Source: Anaeramoeba ignava BMAN
Taxonomy: Eukaryota; Protista; Anaeramoebae
DNA length: 64,000 bases
NCBI GenBank assembly: GCA_028826165.1
Contig: JAPDFW010000125.1
Coordinates: forward strand, 62,001 to 126,000
Direction of reading: 5' to 3'
Part shown: piece after piece, positions 1 through 11,650 of the stretch
How the letters are laid out: each line of letters begins with the position of its first letter
Numbering within the stretch: position 1 is the stretch's first letter
Translations under genes and position numbers: made by a program
Notes under the pieces: model-generated
What the model was told of the DNA's origin: nothing
Database searches by the model: none
What the model saw: only the letters and a program-made list of their open reading frames with translations

Positions 1-3000
1 TTAGTTGTTTTAACTTCATATAGAGTTATAACGTTTGGAAAAAGAAAAACTTCAATAAAAGCAAAAGTAAAAAAAAAAATTAAAAAAAAAAAACAATTTG
101 AATTTTTTTTTCCAATTCATTTTCTTAAAAAAAAATTTTTTTTTAGATTTGTCGAAATGGCCATCTTTTTGATTTAAAAGAATTAACAAGTTTTGATGAT
201 AAAAAAGTAAAAGAACTTTAATTCAATTTTTAAATAATTTTTTTAAAATAAATTTTTTTTATTTTTTTAGTTAAAAGCAGTTTTTAAAGATTTTGAACTT
301 GAAATTACTTCTGAAAAAGCAAATGAAATTACAGAAACAATTTTAAAGAATTATTTAAAAATAAGTCTTGGAATACCAGAAGAACATTATTTAAAATTTT
401 CATGTATTCCTGAAGGAAGGTAAATTTAAAATTAATTATAAAATTATATATAAAATTATTTATAAAATTAATTATAAAATTATTTATAAAATTAATTATA
501 AAATTATATATAAAATTAATTATAAAATTAAATATAAAATTATTTATAAAATTATTTATAAAATTATTTATAAAATTATTTATAAAATTATTTATAAAAT
601 TATTTATAAAATTAATTATAAAATTAATTATAAAATTATTTATAAAATTATTTATAAAATTAAATATAAAAATTAATTATAAAATTAATTATAAAATTAT
701 TTATAAAATTAAATATAAAATTAAATATAAAATTAAATATAAAATTATTTATAAAATTATTTATAAAAATTATTTATAAAATTATTTATAAAATTATTTA
801 TAAAATTATTTATAAAATTATTTATAAAATTATTTATAAAATTATTTATAAAATTATTTATAAAATTATTTATAAAATTATTTATAAAATTAAATATAAA
901 ATTATTTATAAAATTTAATTATAAAATTATTTATAAAATTATTTATAAAATTAATTATAAAATTATTTTATAAAATTATTTATAAAATTAATTATAAAAT
1001 TATTTATAAAAATATAATTATAAAATTATTTATAAAATTATTTATAAAATTAAATATAAAATTAAATATAAAATTATTTATAAAATTCTTAAATAAATTA
1101 TTTTTAAAATTATTTATAAAATTAATTATAAAATTATTTATAAAATTAATTATAAAATTAAATATAAAATTAAATATAAAATTAAATATAAAATTATTTA
1201 TAAAATTAATTATTAAATTATTTATAAAATTATTTATAAAAATTAAATATAAAATTATTTATAAAATTAAATATAAAATTATTTATAAAATTATTTATAA
1301 AATTATTTATAAAATTATTTATAAAATTAAATATAAAATTAAATATAAAATTATTTATAAAATTATTTATAAAATTATTAATAAAATTATTTATAAAATT
1401 ATTTATAAAATTATTTATAAAATTAAATATAAAATTAAATATAAAATTAAATATAAAATTAATTATAAAATTATTTATAAAATTATTTATAAAATTATTT
1501 ATAAAATTATTTTATAAAATTATTTATAAAATTATTTATAAAATTATTTATAAAATTATTTATAAAATTAAATATAAAATTATTTATAAAATTAAATATA
1601 AAATTATTTATAAAATTATTTATAAAATTAATTATAAAATTATTTATAAAATTAATTATAAAATTATTTATAAAATTATTTATAAAATTAAATATAAAAT
1701 TAATTATAAAATTAATTATAAAATTATTTATAAAATTATTTATAAAATTAAATATAAAAATTATTTATAAAATTAAATATAAAATTATTTATAAAATTAT
1801 TTATAAAAATTAAATATAAAATTATTTATAAAATTAAATATAAAATTATTTATAAAATTATTTATAAAATTATTTATAAAATTAATTATAAAAATTAATT
1901 ATAAAATTATTTATAAAATTATTTATAAAATTATTTATAAAATTATATATAAAATTAAATATAAAATTATTTATAAAATTATTTATAAAATTAAATATAA
2001 AATTATTTATAAAATTATTTATAAAATTATTTATAAAATTATTTATAAAATTATTTATTAAATTATTAATAAAATTATATATTAAATTAATTATAAAATT
2101 ATATATAAAATTATTTATAAAATTAAATATAAAATTATTTATAAAATTCTTAAATAAAATTCTTAAATAAATTATTTTTAAATTTGTTTTAGATTAGGAC
2201 CATTTGATATTGGTAAAAAAAAAAATATAAATATATTTTTTAAAATATTAAAATAAATAAATAAAAAAAGAAACAAGTCAAGCAGATGGATTTTTAGATG
2301 CTTATAATGCTTGGTCTAACTATTATTCAACACCACCAAATTCTGAATTCATTAATTTTGTACAAAAAGAAATACTATCAGGAAATGATGAAGAAAAAAA
2401 AAGAATATTTGATTTAACAGGATTGAAAAATCTAGACAAATTTGCACAAGAACAAAATAACAGCATAGCAGCAATATTTGCTGCACTAAGATATAACCCT
2501 TTCTTCAATCAATTAATAGTAAGAAACGTAGCCAAAAGGGATATCATTTCACTTGCAAGCATGACAATTTCATGGAATTGCAATTTAACTAAAATAACTT
2601 TAAGTGGAACAAATACTTCAGAAGGTTTTGAAAAATTTGGTGAATCTCTTCAACAAAACAAGAAACTACCTTTGACTCACTTGGATCTTTCAATAAACAA
2701 AATACCCGAAAACAAAATGGAATCATTTACTAATGGAATCCGTTCAATGCAAACAGGATTGGTTTATCTCGATCTCTCATTTTGTCAACTTAGTGGTAAA
2801 TCAATTTCCATGTTATTTGAGGCTCTTACAAAAAATCACAGACACAGAACAATTTCTTATTTGAATCTCTCCCATAATAACTTCGGCAAAATTGGGACAG
2901 AAGGATTTAACAAATGGATGCAATCAACTCAAATGGAAAGTGTTTTGGCAACATTAAATCTTTCTAATTGCTCGCTTGATATTGGAGTGGCAGCGTTATC

Positions 3001-4090
3001 AATCGCGAAAAACTGTTCTGGACTATCTCTTCAATTCCTTAATTTGTCTGAAAATCGATTTGAAAAAAGAACTTATATTTCAGTTGCAACAATGCTTAAA
3101 GAAACTAAAACTCTTAAAGAACTTGATTTGACAAGAACTAAAATTTCAAGTGAAAATTGTGCTGATATTTTAAACGAAATTCTCTCTAATAAATCAATCA
3201 AAAATTTCTCACTCAAACTTGGAGGAAACGATATCGGTTTCCAAGGAGCTAAATGTCTTGCAAAAGTAATTGATTCTCATCCTGATTCAGATTCTTTGGA
3301 TGAAATTATTCTTGATGATAATAAATTCAAAGCTGAAGGTTTGGCTTTGGTTTCTGAATCTCTTTCCAAACTGGTTTTGCTTAAAAAAGTCTCTTTATCA
3401 AGAAATATTGTTAAAGCAAAAAACACAGTTAAAATTTTAGAGCCTCTTTCAAAATTATTCCAAAAGGCAAATCTTCAATATCTAAGAATTAAAGGAAATG
3501 ATAAAAATTTTCTTGGACCTGAAATTGAGAAAGTTTTCCAAAATTCAACAGGAAGAACAAATCTAATTGCTCTTGATATTTCGGGAAATCATTTGGGAGA
3601 AAAACCATTGAAAGCATTAGCAACAATGATTTCTCAATCAAACTGTCAAATTCAAACATTGATTTTTGATGAAAATAATACTAATATTGTTTCTCTTCAA
3701 GATTTTATTTGGGCTTTTGATTCTAATCCTAATTTATTTGATGTTCGCTGGCCTAAAAATGATTTTAATAGGTTTAAATCATCAGCGAATAAAAAAGAAT
3801 CTCAAAATATCAAAAAGGATTTAAAATCAATGAAGAAAAAATTCATTGAAGGAAATGCAAAAAACAATAAAGGAATTCAACCTATTTCAATTTCAATTGA
3901 TTATGAATTAATTTTGAATAATGATTGGAATACAATTCATTCAATTCATATTGCTAATGATTCTGTTGATGAACGTGATAATCCAAATTCTCCTTATTCT
4001 CTTATTTATGATAAATCTCCTAAAGAAGTTGATTTAAGTGAAAGTCAAGGTGAAGATTCTCAAGAACAAGAAAAAAGCAAAACTGATTAA
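1..4090 (+). CDS. CARMIL/LRRC16-like leucine-rich-repeat actin regulator, 5'-truncated by the window. Exons <1-66, 147-206, 271-419, 2193-2212, 2271-4090
   Basis: GT-AG splicing gives one continuous frame that runs into ORF 2423..4090. ADGFLDAYNAWSNYY and ALRYNPFFNQL resemble the CARMIL PH-LRR linker and LRR cap. RI-type LRRs follow (LTHLDLSIN, LVYLDLSFC, LIALDISGNHLG). Confidence 0.75.
425..2150. repeat. 12-bp minisatellite (AAAATTATTTAT)n, ~140 copies, filling intron 420-2192
   Basis: Periodicity read directly; variants AAAATTAAATAT and AAAATTAATTAT; almost no G/C. Confidence 0.95.
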
Positions 4091-4231
4091 TTAAATTTAA
4101 AACAGAAAAAAAATATAAGAAATTATTTAATCTCTTTATTTTCAATTTTATTTCTTGTTTCTTTTTTTCTTTTAAGGATGTTTTCTTTCTTAATTTCTTG
4201 ATTTGATTTCTTTTTTTGAATTTTATTAAAT

Positions 4232-5043
4232 TCAAAATTTATTTTTATTTTTTTCTTTTTCTATTTTTTCTAAAATATCTTTTTGATTATCTCTTATTTT
4301 ATCTCTCCAATAAATATTCATCTTATAATCTGGATTTGCTAATTCACTTTCATTTTCTTTAAAATTTAAAATAAAAGGATTAACTTTTTGAAAATGTTCC
4401 AAATCAAAAATAACATTTTCAATAGGATTAAATCTAGGATAACGAAAACAATTAGAGAGTTTAAACGGAGGAAAAGAAGCATGAAGATGAAGCCAATCAA
4501 TAGAAACAGGCAAATTGAATCCACAAACAAATCTTTTTGATAATTCATGAAAATCCATTTTTCGATAAATTTTTCCAGTTTCATTATTTAAAGATCTTGC
4601 ATAAGCAACTGCAATTTCAAATCCAATTCTATACATTTTCTTGACCATTCCGCAATGATTTGCTTTCAATTGATTTACTGTTTCAATTTTTGTTTTTGGA
4701 ATCACTAAAAAATGTATTTCACTAATTTTAAAAGCATCTTCCAAACAAACAATTTCTGAATCTTGATATAAAATCAATCGATTTTTATCATATTCTGCTT
4801 TTTGATTTGCTATTTTCCCAAAAAGATTTGGATCGTATTTTTCAATATCTCCTTTTTCTAATTGAAATCCACATAATGAACATCGATATGATATTGATTG
4901 ATTTGGTTTTTTGCAAACTGGACATATTCTTTTCCAGTTTTTTGGAAATTTTTAATTTCTTCTGAATATTTTAAAAAGTTTTCATTTTTCATTCGTTTTT
5001 TTCAATTTCTTTTTAATTTTTCTTCATTAACCATTTTTTCCAT
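4232..5043 (-). CDS. HIT-family (HINT3/aprataxin-like) hydrolase with an N-terminal C4 zinc finger; 5' part frameshifted in A-runs
   Basis: Reading in frame upstream of ORF 4232..4777 gives WKRICPVCKKPNQSISYRCSLCGFQL...NLFGKIA...ILYQDSEIVCLED...HFLVIPK...GFNLPVSIDWLHLH. The ATG at 5043 connects only through 1-nt indels in poly-A. Confidence 0.7.
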
Positions 5044-5226
5044 AAAAATATTTTTTGGTCTAAAAACAAAATATCTTTTTGTAAATAATGAAGATAATGA
5101 TGATAGCAAATATTTTGTTGAAGATTTAAAGTTAATTAAATTTAAATTTGAATTTGAATTTAAAACAAAATTCATTTTTTTAAAAAAAATGAAAAGAAAA
5201 AAATGAAAAATTTTTATTTTTATTTT

Positions 5227-6832
5227 TTAAAAATTATTTTCTTTAAATTCAAGTTGAAAAATTTTCATCTTTTTCAATTTTTGATTATTTAATTTCCCAA
5301 AAAATTTTAATCCTTTTTCATTCTCTTTTTGATTTAATGATTCATATTTTCGAGAATTTTTATCATTAAATAAAGAAATAAAACTAGAATTTGATTGATC
5401 AATTGGAATAAGAAGATCAAAAGCGAAAAATATTGAAATATCTTTGTTATAACCAATAGAACTATCAACATGAGAATCTTTGATATTGAAAATTAAAGGG
5501 TTTTCTTGAATTTTGCCTTCAATTTGCAAAATGAATAAAAAAGCATTTGGATCTTTAATTAAAAATTTGGAAATATTATTTGAAAAATCTTGTTTGTTTT
5601 TGTTCTTGAAATTCCATCCAACTGAAGTATAACCCCCAAAAATATCCTGTGAATTTGTTTCAATTATTGCTATTAAATTTGGTTTATTATCACAATTTTC
5701 ATGAAAAGATGAAAGAGTTGAAATTTTTGTTTCAAATATTAAATTCCATCCAATTTTTTGTTTTCCTTTTTTTCAAAAATTTGATTAAGATTTGCAAAAA
5801 TTTGTTTTTGGAAAATTGTGAGATTTTCTTTTTGATCAATTTCCTTACTACTTGTTACTTCTTTTGTTTTTGATTATCAATATATTTTGTTTTTCTTCTT
5901 GATTAATTTTTCTTGATTTGTAGATTGGAATTTTTATTCAATATTTCAACTTGTTTATCAAAAGGAACAACTTTTTGTCTTAAAAATTCAAAATCTTCCG
6001 ATTTCTCTTCAAATGATTCATAAATTGTATATTGAAATTTTTGGATTAAAAATTTTAAATTTTCTGAAAAATTATCTGATTTATTCCAAATTTCATTCTT
6101 CACAAAATCTTCATTAAGATAATATAAAATAAATTCTGGATCTTTGAAAATGAAGTCTGTGATTTTTTGGATTTTGGTTTTTAATTGATTCACATCATAT
6201 CCAATAAGTCTAAATTGTAAATCATCTAATTTAAATTTTTCAAAATTAAAATTTGCAAAATATTTGATAATTTCTATATTTTTGGTGAATTTTGGATTTT
6301 CGTATCCAATATTTATAATTTCAATAATCTTCTCAATAGATAATTTCCCAAAGTTTACAGAATCAAAAAAATCTGGGAAGCTCAAATAAATTTCATTGTG
6401 GAAAAATTGGATAATTTGCAAAAAATCTTTGAAATTTAAATTTTTTAAATCAATTAAAAAAGAATCATTTAGTTTCTTTAAATTTTGTTTGATTTCAAAC
6501 TTCCAATTTAAGGAAGGAATTAATTTTGAACCAAATTGAGATAAATTGAAACGATCAATAAAAGTAAGATCTGATAAATCAAGTTCATTTGTATATATAT
6601 AATTGAGAATAATATCAACAATTTTAGGTTTAATATTAGAAAAAATTATTTCATTTTCTGTTGATTCACAAAAGTAAGTTCTGAAATAAGAAGAACGACA
6701 TGCAAGAATATTTTTGTGACAGAAAAATTTCTTATTCTTTTCTGTTATAATTGTAAAATCTGATAATATTGATTGTGTGTAAAGTTTTTTTATATCAATA
6801 AGAAGTTGATTTTCTTTATTTAAATTTTTCAT
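5227..6832 (-). CDS. BTB/POZ + TLDc domain protein, frameshifted between domains (assembly error or pseudogene)
   Basis: BTB signature SDFTIITEKNKKFFCHKNILACRSSYF in ORF 5903..6832. Positions 5760-5227 read WNLIFE...FHENCDNKPNLIAIIETNSQDIFGGYTSVGW...DPNAFLFIL, the TLDc signature, in frame with ORF 5227..5529. Confidence 0.75.
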
Positions 6833-6882
6833 TTTAAAAAACCAAAAAAAGAAACAAAAAAATGAATTTCAAATAAATTCGG

Positions 6883-8806
6883 AAAAATAATTTTAATTTA
6901 AATTTAATTAATTAATAAATTTATTTAAAATAATCTAAATAAATAAATATAAATTAAATTTAATAAATTTATATTAATTTTTATTATTAAATATTTAATT
7001 AAAAAATAAAAATATTTTAATAAATAAATATAAATAAAATTAAATAATATTAATTTAATAATTAATTAATAAATTTATTTAAAATAATCTAAATAAATAA
7101 TATTAAATTAAATTTAATAAATTTATATTAATTTTAATTATTAAATATTTAATTAAAAAATAAAAATATTTTAATAAATAAATATAAATAAAATTAAATA
7201 ATTTTAATTTAATAATTAATTAATAAACTTATTTAAAATAATCTAAATAAATAATATTAAATTAAATTTAATAAATTTATATTAATTTTAATTATTAAAT
7301 ATTTAATTAAAAATAAAAATATTTTAATAAATAAATATAAATAAAATTAATTAATATTAATTTAATAATTAATTAATAAATTTATTTAAAATAATCTAAA
7401 TAAACAAATTTAAATTAAATTTAATAAATTTATATTAATTTTATATTATTAAATATTAAATTAAAAAAATAAAAATATTTTTAATAAATAAATATATTAA
7501 ATTAAATAATATTAACTTAATAATTAATTAATAAATTTATTTAAAATAATCTAAATAAATAAATCTAAATTAAATTTAATAAATTTATATTAATTTTATA
7601 TTATTAAATATTTAATTAAAAAAATAAAAATATTTTAATAAATAAATATAAATTAAATTAAATAATATTAATTTAATAATTAATTAATAAACTTATTTAA
7701 AATAATCTAAATAAATAATTATAAATTAAATTTAATAAATTTATATTAATTTTGATTATTAAATATTAAATTAAAAAATAAAAATATTTTAATAAATAAA
7801 TATAAATAGAATTAAATAATTTTAATTTAATAATTAATTAATAAATTTATTCAAAAATAATTCAAATAAATAATATTAAATTAAATTTAATAAATTTATA
7901 TTAATTTTTAATTATTAAATATTAAATTAAAAGTAAAAAATATTTTAATAAATAAATATAAATAAAATTAAATAATATTAATTTAATAATTAATTAATAA
8001 ATTTATTTAAAATAATCTAAATAAATAATTTTATATTAAATTTAATAAATTTATATTAATTTTTATTATTAAATATTTAATTAAAAAATAAAAATATTTT
8101 TAATAAATAAATATAAATAAAATTAATTAATATTAACTTAATAATTAATTAATAAATTTATTTAAAATAATCTAAATAAACAAATTTTAAATTAAATTTA
8201 ATAAATTTATATTAATTTTAATTATTAAATATTTAATTAAAAATAAAAATATTTTAATAAATAAATATAAATAAAATTAAATAATATTAACTTAATAATT
8301 AATTAATAAATTTATTTAAAAATAATATAAATAAACAAATCTAAATTAAATTTAATAAATTTATATTAATTTTTAATTATTAAAGATTTAATAAATAAAA
8401 ATAAAAATATTTTAATAAATAAATATAAATTAAATTAAATAATAATTTAATAATTAATTAATAAATTTATTTAAAATAATCTAAATAAACAAAATATAAA
8501 TTAAATTTAATAAATTTATATTAATTTTGATTATTAAATATTTAATTGAAAATAAATAAAAATATTTTAATAAATAAATATAAATAAAATTAAATAATAT
8601 TAATTTAATAATTAATTAATAAATTTATTTAAAATAATCTAAATAAATAATATTAAATTAAATTTAATAAATTTATATTAATTTTAATTATTAAATATTT
8701 AATTAAAAAATAAAAATATTTTAATAAATAAATATAAATTAAATTAAATAATATTAATTTAATAATTAATTAATAAACTTATTTAAAATAATATAAATAA
8801 ATAATT
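6883..8806. repeat. Tandem array A1, ~155-bp A/T unit, ~12.5 copies
   Basis: Anchor ATAATCTAAATA (or a variant) recurs 13 times from ~6930 to ~8788, mean spacing ~155 bp. Confidence 0.9.
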
Positions 8807-8988
8807 GTATATTTATATTTTTAAAATTCTGTCTTTTTTTCTTGTTCTTCAATTTCATTTTGTTTTTCAAAAAAAAAAGAAAAAAATCAAAGTCAACTAA
8901 CTGTTGTTAAAGAGATTTTAAACAAAATTTTATTTTTTTGATTTCCATTTTTTTTCTTCTTCTTTTTTTTTTCATCAAATTTTAATTT

Positions 8989-11567
8989 ATGTCAAAAAAA
9001 TTTGATCAACAAAATCAAACAATTTTAACGACTATAGAAATTCAAAATGAACTTTCAAAAATTAGAATTGAAGAACATTCAAAATCAAAACATTGTAATA
9101 AAATTAGTGGGATTCCTTATAATATTTTTCTTGATTCTCCAATTGAAATTATAAACCAAAAGCATGAAAATTTATCACCAATTTTGATAAGAAAACAAAC
9201 ACAATCTTTAATGAATGAAATACAAGAAGGTTCAAGAAAAAAAAATCTCGTTTTGTATGGAGGAAATGGAACAGGAAAATCTTACACACTTTTTCATTTA
9301 GCTTGCTATTTCTCTTCTTTTCATGTAAAAACTTCTATATATTTATATTGATATTTATATTTATATTTATATTTATATTTATATTTATATTTATATTTAT
9401 ATTTATATTTATATTGATATTTATATTTATATTTATATTTATATTTATATTTATATTGATATTTATATTTATATTTATATTTATATTTTATATTTATATT
9501 TATATTTATATTTATATTTATATTGATATTTATATTTATATTTATATTTTTATTCTTGTTTTTGTTCTTATAAAATAATTTGGAATTGAAAATTCATTTA
9601 AAATCAAATTAAAAGCCTTGGAATATCCAGAAAAAGAAAGAATCCAATAAAGAAAATTTAAATTCAAATTTAAGATTAACTAATGAAAATGATTTAAATT
9701 TTGAAAATTTAACAATCCAAGAAAAAACCAATTCAAATTCTTTGAAAAACAATTCAAGAAAAAAAAAAGATTCCTCTCTTAATATACAAATTGAAGATAA
9801 TACAATTCACAAACAAAAAAATCAAAATCAAAATCAAAAATGGGTTGTTCTTTATTTGAATGATTTGCTTCGGTTATCGAGATTGGAAAGTCATGTTGTT
9901 TCCAAACAAATAATGACATATCTTTTTGCGAAATATGGAATCAAATTATTTGAAAAATGTAATTTTGATTATGATGAACAATTATGGAATAAAAAAAAAC
10001 CCAAATCAAAGGATAAAAGACAAATGGTTAAGAATTGCAAAAACTTTTTTGAGAATCTCTTTGAATTAAATGTTGAAGAATTTAAATTTATGATTGCAAT
10101 TGATGAATACAATATTCTTTATCGAGAAAAATTTCCAGATCCAAAACACATTTTAAATATTTTCAAAGATTTAAGAAATATCAGAAATGGATTGATGATA
10201 ACAGCTGTGAGTTCAAGTTTTGATCAGGACAAGATTCCATATATTGATTTCCAAGAATTTGGAGTGAAAACAAAAAGGTTTACTGAATCGGGGAATTTGA
10301 ATCAATTTTCGAATGGAAAAGAAAAGAAGGAACAATCCCACAATATCTAACAAGAGATTATTGGCAACAGTTTACAAACGCAGTCCCAAGAGTATTATAT
10401 ATGGTGTCACGAAGATATCGAACCTCGAAAAACGAATCTTTTGATGAATCCACTTTTTTACTAAATTGTGGAATAGATTGCATTGATCATTATAAAAAAA
10501 GAGTTAGGTATGTTTTGCAGAAAATCAAAGAAATCAAAAATCCTGAAACAATCAAACAAGATATCCAACTTCCAACTCTTATTTGCCTAAATGAAAATAT
10601 TACTTCTTTACCTGAATTTTGGGAATTATCAGGTTTATTTGAAACACAATTTTCCTCAAGGAATTCGAATTATCAACAAAAAGAGAATGAAAATGATCAT
10701 AAATTGAATCAAAAACAACCTTCTCAGCCAATCGAAAAGCAAGTTGTTCCCATTTGTTCATGGGTAACATCTGCAATTCTAGAAATTTTTCGAAATGATG
10801 GAGTCAATTCGGTTAATTTTCTATGTAGTTATGATATAAAATGGAAGGCATTAGAATTATTTGTTTTGAATGGATTTCAAAATTTTTCTAGTACTTCAAA
10901 ACAGAAATTAACTTTATCAAATCGAAATCTGAAAGGAAAGAAACAAGAAAATCCTGAAACATTCCAAATTTCGATAAAAAGAATTGTTTATCAAGATCAA
11001 CAAAAATCATTAGAAGATATTTCAATAGGAGATTTGATTGTTTGTTATAAAGGTCATTCTGTTGTTGATTTCGTTTGTTTATCTAAAAATGAGAATCAAG
11101 AAAAAGAACTCTTTTATTTTCAGGTTTCAATATTAGATTATTCTCATCACGATAAAAAAGTAGATAGTTTATTCAAAAGAGATTTCAAACCAACTAAACA
11201 AAAAAAAACATCAATTTTAGAATATTATTCAAAATTATCTGGGATAAAATTAGATGAAAATACTTCCCAATTTATCGAAAGATTATCCAAACAAAATCAA
11301 AAGAAAAAAAAAGAAGAAATCTCTCCAAAAGAAGAAAAACAAAAAACACCAGAGAAAAAGCCCACAAGACATGAAAAACAAGAAATAAGGAAAAACTCAT
11401 ATATTCTTCCACCAAATCAATATTATGTTTATATTACTTCCACATCAAATTTTCTCAAATCTTCTCAATATTCTCAAGATCCAGTTATTTTGGTTAATGG
11501 TCAACATTTAAACCAAATAAATCCTTTTGATTATGCATTCTGTGAAAAAGTTTTAATTGAAAAGTAA
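8989..11567 (+). CDS. P-loop NTPase (STAND/DAP3-like) fused to a C-terminal restriction-endonuclease-fold domain (Crinkler/CR-type NTPase+REase). Exons 8989-9324 and 9616-11567; frameshift at GGGG 10290-10293
   Basis: Walker [11 protein letters not shown] (9259-9282). Intron 9325-9615 joins in frame to ORF 9742..10350, which has Walker B MIAIDEYN. After the frameshift the sequence reads EFESIFEW...FTNAVPRVL into ORF 10401..11567, which has WKALELF, SVVDFVC and LFYFQVS (E...D...QxS REase-like triad). Confidence 0.7.
9338..9550. repeat. (ATATTT)n microsatellite inside intron 9325-9615
   Basis: Read directly. Confidence 0.9.
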
Positions 11568-11650
11568 CAGAAAATAGTTTCAATTCTTTTTTTTTTGTTC
11601 TTTTCTCAATAAACAAATTCAAATTGAAATTTAGTTTTTTAATTGGAATG

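Noticed and set aside
4940-5910. Non-standard genetic code (stop readthrough)
   Set aside because: The breaks need frame changes rather than readthrough, and TAA, TAG and TGA all terminate genes in the window.
8807-11650. Classical DDE transposon, LTR element or Helitron
   Set aside because: No terminal inverted repeats and no transposase, RT, integrase or Rep/helicase motifs were recognised.
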